DNA of 64,000 nucleotides from Squalus acanthias (lineage: Eukaryota). The stretch spans positions 163,062,001 to 163,126,000 of the forward strand of contig CM059425.1 in assembly GCA_030390025.1 (NCBI GenBank). Direction: 5' to 3'. The notes beneath the pieces were generated by a model. It did no database searches, was not told where the DNA came from, and saw only the letters and a program-made list of their open reading frames with translations. Below, one piece after another: positions 61,501 through 64,000 of the stretch. Each line of letters opens with the position of its first letter. Position 1 is the stretch's first letter. The position numbers were made by a program, and so were the translations under genes.

Positions 61501-61577
61501 CTCTACTGAGATAAGCCTCCCCTAAACATTCCCAGCAATTTGAGTCTTTCGGGTCTGCCCTCAAAGCTGCTTGTAAA
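4501..61577 (-). CDS. SKIC3: SKI3 subunit of superkiller complex (TTC37), 3' 25 coding exons; 5' part outside window
   Basis: 25 GT-AG exons total 2953 nt in consistent phase. The translation runs from [28 protein letters not shown] to [15 protein letters not shown]...[25 protein letters not shown] and is colinear with recalled human TTC37. Confidence 0.97.
4650..4945 (+). mobile_element. Old tRNA-derived SINE (AmnSINE2-like)
   Basis: B-box-like GGTCCCAGGTTCTATACCC followed by TTAGCTAAGCTCAG...GCTACAATTGACC core recalled from ancient vertebrate SINEs. Confidence 0.4.
5395..5890 (+). mobile_element. Deu-domain SINE (SacSINE1/AmnSINE1-like)
   Basis: GCAGTACTGAG...CATTGCTGTTTGTG...ACAACAGTGAC...CTTCAAAAG motifs, shared with 52760-53170. 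Confidence 0.7.
6036..6159 (-). CDS. SKIC3: SKIC3 penultimate exon ([15 protein letters not shown]...DDELIT)
   Basis: ACAG acceptor, GTAAGA donor, phase 2 to 0. Confidence 0.95.
6325..9575 (-). mobile_element. CR1-type LINE, ORF2 (APE endonuclease + RT) with frameshifts; interrupted by Penelope-like hairpin
   Basis: ORFs 8010..9101 (AITETWL, MGDFN, SDHNM), 7062..7565 ([23 protein letters not shown]) and 6455..7000 ([13 protein letters not shown]). Confidence 0.95.
9087..9316 (+). mobile_element. Penelope-like palindromic insertion 1 with minimal hammerhead motif
   Basis: 94 bp perfect inverted arms (9087-9180 / 9185-9278), ~38 nt unpaired tail, TSD CAATTACATCATA (9074-9086 / 9317-9329). Confidence 0.85.
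9710..9840 (-). CDS. SKIC3: SKIC3 exon ([19 protein letters not shown]...VKMGAR)
   Basis: TTAG acceptor, GTAACA donor, phase 0 to 2. Confidence 0.93.
10100..11440 (+). mobile_element. Heavily decayed L1/Tx1-like LINE ORF2 fragment, probably continuing at ~15590-15900
   Basis: Residual peptides [22 protein letters not shown] and KILHRFYC resemble the L1-clade post-RT region. Confidence 0.5.
11314..11340 (+). repeat. Poly-G run (27 nt)
   Basis: Directly visible homopolymer. Confidence 0.9.
11730..13578 (+). pseudogene. Harbinger Myb/SANT-like DNA-binding gene (spliced, frameshifted)
   Basis: [14 protein letters not shown]...VLFP and [10 protein letters not shown]...[13 protein letters not shown] in shifted frames; donor AAG/GTGAGT near 11983, acceptors near 12320 and 12634. 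Confidence 0.8.
13900..15055 (-). pseudogene. Harbinger (HARBI1-like, DDE_Tnp_4) transposase, frameshifted
   Basis: [50 protein letters not shown] and [12 protein letters not shown] motifs spread over several frames. Confidence 0.9.
16645..16913 (+). mobile_element. Penelope-like palindromic insertion 2 with minimal hammerhead motif
   Basis: ~100 bp inverted arms (16642-16745 / 16770-16870), same tail as copy 1, TSD ACACTTTATTGA (16633-16644 / 16914-16925). Confidence 0.85.
17348..17500 (-). CDS. SKIC3: SKIC3 exon ([21 protein letters not shown]...[10 protein letters not shown])
   Basis: CTAG acceptor, GTAAGG donor, 153 nt. Confidence 0.94.
18816..18974 (-). CDS. SKIC3: SKIC3 exon ([20 protein letters not shown]...TSVTAWH)
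   Basis: TTAG acceptor, GTATGT donor, 159 nt. Confidence 0.93.
19553..19677 (-). CDS. SKIC3: SKIC3 exon ([23 protein letters not shown]...EAEAFCTK)
   Basis: ATAG acceptor, GTACTG donor, phase 1 to 0. Confidence 0.9.
20164..20292 (-). CDS. SKIC3: SKIC3 exon ([16 protein letters not shown]...VTAITAK)
   Basis: GCAG acceptor, GTAAGT donor, phase 1 to 1. Confidence 0.93.
20960..22980 (+). mobile_element. Degenerate CR1 LINE (ORF1 esterase-like, APE and 3' end remnants) with nested fragments
   Basis: VVISRLLP...[24 protein letters not shown] and QRRFT peptides; nested LINE 3' end with A-tail at ~21565-21750. Confidence 0.7.
23683..23794 (-). CDS. SKIC3: SKIC3 exon ([14 protein letters not shown]...[13 protein letters not shown])
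   Basis: CTAG acceptor, GTAAGA donor, phase 0 to 1. Confidence 0.93.
23976..24029 (-). CDS. SKIC3: SKIC3 exon ([18 protein letters not shown])
   Basis: GTAG acceptor, GTAAAT donor, 54 nt. Confidence 0.92.
25200..25272 (-). CDS. SKIC3: SKIC3 exon ([24 protein letters not shown])
   Basis: CCAG acceptor, GTAAGT donor, phase 2 to 0. Confidence 0.93.
26963..27184 (-). CDS. SKIC3: SKIC3 exon ([19 protein letters not shown]...AAKAVH)
   Basis: ACAG acceptor, GTAAGG donor; overlaps ORF 26959..27180. Confidence 0.94.
27510..28470 (+). mobile_element. CR1 LINE 3' portion inserted in a minus-strand Deu-SINE remnant
   Basis: QGSVLGP and FADDTK remnants plus ORF 28036..28317 ([19 protein letters not shown]); flanks 27340-27510 and 28475-28560 resemble reverse Deu-SINE. 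Confidence 0.85.
28930..29275. repeat. C-rich low-complexity tandem repeat (CCCCACCCCCACCCACCCCTA-like units) at the end of a Harbinger-like MITE fragment starting ~28581
   Basis: Directly visible; 21 nt unit repeated at ~29098-29165. Confidence 0.85.
29755..29878 (-). CDS. SKIC3: SKIC3 exon ([23 protein letters not shown]...AKTLLFKC)
   Basis: CCAG acceptor, GTGAAT donor, phase 1 to 2. Confidence 0.93.
30475..30599 (-). CDS. SKIC3: SKIC3 exon ([12 protein letters not shown]...GLLQESAK)
   Basis: TCAG acceptor, GTAAAG donor, phase 2 to 1. Confidence 0.92.
32234..32599. mobile_element. Tc1/mariner (pogo/Tigger-like) MITE
   Basis: 26 bp TIR CAGGAAACTCTTTATTAAC(T/C)GGCACC with one mismatch, TA TSD, CpG-rich interior. 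Confidence 0.9.
33407..33484 (-). CDS. SKIC3: SKIC3 exon ([26 protein letters not shown])
   Basis: TCAG acceptor, GTAAGT donor, phase 2 to 2. Confidence 0.92.
34281..34493 (-). mobile_element. Penelope-like palindromic insertion 3 with minimal hammerhead motif
   Basis: 86 bp arms (34320-34405 / 34408-34493, one mismatch), tail on the left, TSD TCACATACC(C/T)GCT(A/G)A. Confidence 0.85.
35205..35298 (-). CDS. SKIC3: SKIC3 exon ([32 protein letters not shown])
   Basis: ACAG acceptor, GTAAGG donor, phase 1 to 2. Confidence 0.93.
36920..38350 (-). mobile_element. CR1 LINE with internal deletion of RT (APE joined to 3' end)
   Basis: ORF 37042..37917: APE motifs (ILGDFNY, SDHRII) run directly into [19 protein letters not shown]. 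Confidence 0.9.
38465..38572. mobile_element. Second-family Penelope-like short palindrome
   Basis: Arms CAGAAAATGCTGGAAATACT...GCAGCATC / GATGCTGC...AGTATTTCCAGCATTTTCTG; same sequence as 52410-52455. Confidence 0.7.
39010..40410 (+). mobile_element. Degenerate L2-like LINE
   Basis: Pyrimidine-rich decayed ORF2, including [15 protein letters not shown] and LYWLPV...KF motifs. Confidence 0.6.
40623..40764 (-). CDS. SKIC3: SKIC3 exon ([21 protein letters not shown]...VMSKYT)
   Basis: ACAG acceptor, GTATGG donor, phase 0 to 1. Confidence 0.93.
40971..41734. mobile_element. Non-autonomous Harbinger-type MITE
   Basis: TIR GGGCCAGATTTTGCTG / CAGCAAATTTTGGCCG; colinear with 53334-54058. Confidence 0.8.
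41745..42060 (-). mobile_element. SINE sharing its 3' tail with the LINE at 57765-59372
   Basis: TTCGTTCATGGGATGTGGGCG...GTGAGCCGCCTTCTTGA nearly identical to the LINE end, then a SINE body also seen at ~49110-49450. Confidence 0.7.
42232..42306 (-). CDS. SKIC3: SKIC3 exon ([25 protein letters not shown])
   Basis: GCAG acceptor, GTAAGT donor, 75 nt. Confidence 0.94.
42550..43270 (+). mobile_element. CR1 LINE 3' end fragment
   Basis: [17 protein letters not shown] and GHRFKV...[11 protein letters not shown] peptides plus CR1-type 3' UTR. Confidence 0.85.
43766..43834 (-). CDS. SKIC3: SKIC3 exon ([23 protein letters not shown])
   Basis: TTAG acceptor, GTACAT donor, 69 nt. Confidence 0.93.
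44075..44131 (-). CDS. SKIC3: SKIC3 exon ([19 protein letters not shown])
   Basis: CTAG acceptor, GTAAAT donor, 57 nt. Confidence 0.93.
44435..44496 (-). CDS. SKIC3: SKIC3 exon ([21 protein letters not shown])
   Basis: GCAG acceptor, GTAAGT donor, phase 1 to 0. Confidence 0.93.
44750..44828 (-). CDS. SKIC3: SKIC3 exon ([26 protein letters not shown])
   Basis: ACAG acceptor, GTATTG donor, phase 0 to 1. Confidence 0.92.
44918..45141. mobile_element. Harbinger-type MITE
   Basis: TIR GGGGCAGATTTCCCTC / GAGGAAAATCTGCGTC. Confidence 0.6.
45147..45399. mobile_element. Harbinger-type MITE
   Basis: TIR GGCCTGGAGTTT / AAACTCCACACC, ATT flanks on both sides. Confidence 0.55.
45517..47328 (-). mobile_element. 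CR1 LINE, 5'-truncated, young
   Basis: ORFs 46253..47053 ([23 protein letters not shown]) and 45638..46225. Confidence 0.95.
47796..47940 (-). CDS. SKIC3: SKIC3 exon ([26 protein letters not shown]...LLEKSLQ)
   Basis: CTAG acceptor, GTAAAT donor, phase 2 to 0. Confidence 0.93.
48830..51480 (-). mobile_element. Degenerate L2-like LINE with nested SINE and MITE
   Basis: Purine-rich plus strand; minus-strand [17 protein letters not shown]...LLVLL L2 RT motif (ORF 48905..49108). Confidence 0.6.
49539..50292. mobile_element. Young Harbinger-type MITE
   Basis: TIR GG(C/G)CCAGATATTCCGATC on both ends, ATG TSD, CpG retained. Confidence 0.85.
51821..51927. mobile_element. Miniature (107 bp) inverted-repeat element
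   Basis: Perfect 13 bp TIR AGGGGTAATTTTA / TAAAATTACCCCT. Confidence 0.65.
52045..52230 (-). CDS. SKIC3: SKIC3 exon ([17 protein letters not shown]...LLCLGGR)
   Basis: GTAG acceptor, GTAAAT donor, phase 2 to 2. Confidence 0.93.
52361..52460 (+). mobile_element. Second-family Penelope-like 3' end with degenerate hammerhead motif
   Basis: CTGACGA-A-GGGTC-ATC-GACCT-GAAA-TGTG followed by CAGATGCTGCCTGACCTGCTGAGTATTTCCAGCATTTTCTG. Confidence 0.7.
52760..53170 (+). mobile_element. Deu-domain tRNA SINE (SacSINE1-like)
   Basis: A-box TGGCTCAATGG, B-box GGTTCAAGCCC, Deu core and GGCACTATATAAATGCAA tail. Confidence 0.8.
53334..54058. mobile_element. Non-autonomous Harbinger-type MITE inserted in a decayed CR1 (~53215-54575, +)
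   Basis: TIR GGGCCATAATTTGC / GCAAATTATAGGCT; same family as 40971-41734; CR1 sequence resumes on both sides. Confidence 0.8.
55047..55149 (-). CDS. SKIC3: SKIC3 exon ([34 protein letters not shown])
   Basis: CTAG acceptor, GTGAGT donor, phase 1 to 2. Confidence 0.93.
55225..57012 (-). mobile_element. CR1 LINE, 5'-truncated, containing Penelope-like hairpin 4
   Basis: ORFs 55843..56742 ([25 protein letters not shown]) and 55476..55781. Confidence 0.95.
56670..56967 (-). mobile_element. Penelope-like palindromic insertion 4 with minimal hammerhead motif
   Basis: 131 bp perfect arms (56704-56834 / 56837-56967), 2 nt loop, TSD ATCTCCCCTGTG (56660-56671 / 56968-56979). Confidence 0.87.
57765..59372 (-). 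mobile_element. CR1-clade LINE of a second family, 5'-truncated and frameshifted
   Basis: [44 protein letters not shown] and MEYSPLAW motifs. Confidence 0.9.
60571..61271. mobile_element. Harbinger-type MITE
   Basis: TIR GGCCTGTAATTTGCAGT / ACTGCAAATTCCGGGAC, AAT TSD. Confidence 0.75.
61324..61577 (-). CDS. SKIC3: SKIC3 exon ([11 protein letters not shown]...YVPALK)
   Basis: TAAG acceptor, GTAAGT donor, TPR peptide; inside ORF 61223..61624. Confidence 0.95.
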
Positions 61578-62049
61578 CTTAAGGGAAAAAAGGGACAGAT
61601 CGTTAACTTTGGTATTATAACCAAATGTAGCCTTCAATGCCATAGAATAAAGTCACAGAACAACACCGTCATTAGATCTGCTCTCCCCAAAGCTATTTTC
61701 CTGCCACCCTTGTAATCCCAATCCCTCAATGGTGGTGGAGAAAATAGATTCACTGAGTAGTCTTTAACCCAAATTGGAACATACTACACCACTAAGTCAT
61801 AGACCTGGTTGAGGATTTAGCACTATGAATACATATAAAGCCAAAAATTAAAGACAAATGTTAAAGCTGTGACTTAATGGTCCACAACATTCTGACCTAC
61901 GACATTTTTACAGTTTTATTGTTCATCCCTCTCAATGGTATTTGGAAGATGGTGACTAAATTCTGAGAGGTAGCTCATGCATCCATCGACTATTTAAATA
62001 TCCTTCAGACATAGAGAAAAATAAACAATGGTTAAAATGAGTAATTTAA

Positions 62050-62335
62050 CCTGTTTAAATTCCTGTCCCGTCCTCCCTCACTTCTAACAATTGTGAGGAG
62101 CTCATGGATGACTATCAACATAGAGACCATCTATTCAGCTGCCTCTGCTGATTTCCTCCTTCCTCCCCCTCACCAGGGCACCCATGCTAGACCTGTACCT
62201 CCTCCATTTCTCTCACATCTCCCTCTATGCCCTCTCTCAGCTTCACTCATCCATGAGACCCACCTCCCCATCTGCTTCCTTGACCCCTTTCTAATGAAAC
62301 TGCTGACCACCCAGTGCTCAAATATATAGCGTATC
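62050..62335 (+). mobile_element. L2-like fragment
   Basis: Similar to 39880-40135 (CTTGACCCC...AAACTGCTGACCAC). Confidence 0.5.
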
Positions 62336-62733
62336 TTACTCCGCAACAGCCTGGGAATTCTGGTTGATTCTCATGTAATAAAGTCCTCGTCTAAGCCAAG
62401 CCCATTTGGTTGTCCCAGCACTCGACTGATCAGTCACTGTTCTCAGAACTGTAAGAGCAGTTTCCTAAAAGAAAAGAAAAATCAGTATGAAGTTTTCCAA
62501 TTTTTTGCTAAAATAATAGAATCACTACCAGTAAGTGACTAGCCATGTAATAGACCTGTAATAGCAATAAACAGGAATCAGACAAAAACTTCTACTTCAA
62601 TTCCACCATCTATCTCGATTTTCTCCCATTTAAGGCTCCCTAATATTGGCCTGGTGTCCTCCATCATTCAGACAAAAAGGAATAATCTAGGTTTCAGGCT
62701 TTTTCAGTTATGATCAATGCCATTCTACAAATG

Positions 62734-62750
62734 TGTTGTGCGACTTCTCA
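62734..62750. mobile_element. Ultra-short remnant of the Penelope-like palindromic element
   Basis: TGTTGTGCGACTTCTCA (arm terminus) between 13 bp direct repeats CATTCTACAAATG (62721-62733 / 62749-62761). Confidence 0.75.
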
Positions 62751-62839
62751 TTCTACAAATGGCCACTGTTCACAGTAAGCTTTACTACTTGTAAACTACC
62801 ATACTGGGCTAACATGGCAGCGCAGCAAGTTAAAACAAT

Positions 62840-63566
62840 GGCCCGTATTTTGCGGTCAGCGGCAAAGCAACAGCGCTCGCCGTTCACCTTGCTGACAGCC
62901 GCCCACAAAGCTTTTGGGGGCTTTTGAGCAGAGGCTTGCTCTAATCCAGCACGGCACCCTCTACAGGACATCTGAGAGCTGGTCAAGCAACAGCAAGGTT
63001 CTTCAACAAATCAGATTGAAGAATCCTCATGGAGACAAGTAGAGTCTAAACCAGAAAGTATAAAGCAGGAAGTATGTATTAGATTTAAATCATGCACAGA
63101 AAGTGAAATAAAGATTGCGAAAGGAAGATGGGATTAAGAGAGAGAAAAGAGACAGAAAAAGTAAATAAATATTTTCTTTTAATATTTTTTAAATCTCCAA
63201 CACCAATTAACTTCTGAGGGAATGAGACTCCTCGCTTGTAAAATTAAGTTTTCAGAGCCAGAGAGGTTGTTGGGCAGTAATTATCACGCCATTAAAAATG
63301 CACTTACTCCTCAATGCACCAGCCCTAACTTTTTCTGTTGTTTAGTGGGTAACTACCCGAACTTCACGCCGTTGCATGTATTTCAATGCCGAGTCTATTG
63401 GCGAGGTTCTGTTGTAGCGCAGCCTGTGGAGGAGCAGGGTAACTTGGACCGCAACTTCCGGGTTTAACTGCGCATGTATGTACTACGGAAGTTGCTGTCT
63501 GATTTACTCCACAAGAACGGTGAGCACGGACAGCCTCACCATTATTATTAATGCAAAATCCGGGCT
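62840..63566. mobile_element. Harbinger-type MITE
   Basis: TIR GGCCCGTATTTTGC / GCAAAATCCGGGCT; shares GGAATGAGACTCC...TTTTCAG core with 40971 and 53334 copies, and its left end with 60571. Confidence 0.8.
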
Positions 63567-64000
63567 ATTGTCCTTCACATTTGGTCTTGTTTTAAATCCA
63601 GTCCAATTAAAGGGGATAAGGCAAAGAGTCTTTCTGTAAAATTATTTTGGGTGTCTCAATCTAGTTTCTACAGAACAAAAACTACCAATAATTCACCACA
63701 TTGACAGTCCTGCACAGAGGCATCTAGGAGGAGCATGTAGAAAAATAAAAAGTATCGCACTGGTGCGCAAGGGAAAAGATCTAATGAAGTTTGGGGTTGC
63801 AGTAACATAGTCAGGGCTGTGTCATACAATCTTTACCCGTTATCCAATCAATGTTACAGTGACCTACAGAAAGAACTTGTTGCACTATGGGATTGTAGGA
63901 CATTAATCCAAAAATAGTGGATTACTGATATCAGCTGTGCCTTTACTGGAAGATGCTGAATGCACGCCAGGCTATTTTGCCACAATAGGGAAAGAAAGTA

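Noticed and set aside
61580..64000. Further upstream SKIC3 exon
   Set aside because: No segment encoding the expected preceding TPR peptide with valid splice sites was found; it probably lies beyond the window.

Overview
Vertebrate nuclear DNA, most likely from a cartilaginous fish (inferred from the repeat families). The minus strand carries the last 25 coding exons of SKIC3/TTC37 (SKI complex TPR subunit, 4501-61577). They were traced by hand: all introns are GT-AG, phases are consistent, and about 983 aa are encoded up to the stop; the 5' part lies beyond the window. The plus strand carries a probable last coding exon of FAM81B (970-1106), convergent with SKIC3. The introns are rich in transposons: CR1-clade, L2 and L1/Tx1 LINE relics, Deu-domain and other SINEs, a two-gene PIF/Harbinger element with many GG(G)C-ended MITEs, and a Tigger-like MITE. 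The most notable structure is a family of 210-300 bp Penelope-like insertions (four full copies plus one ~16 bp remnant). Each full copy is a near-perfect 86-131 bp hairpin flanked by 12-15 bp target-site duplications, and its arms carry a minimal hammerhead-ribozyme motif with covarying stems.
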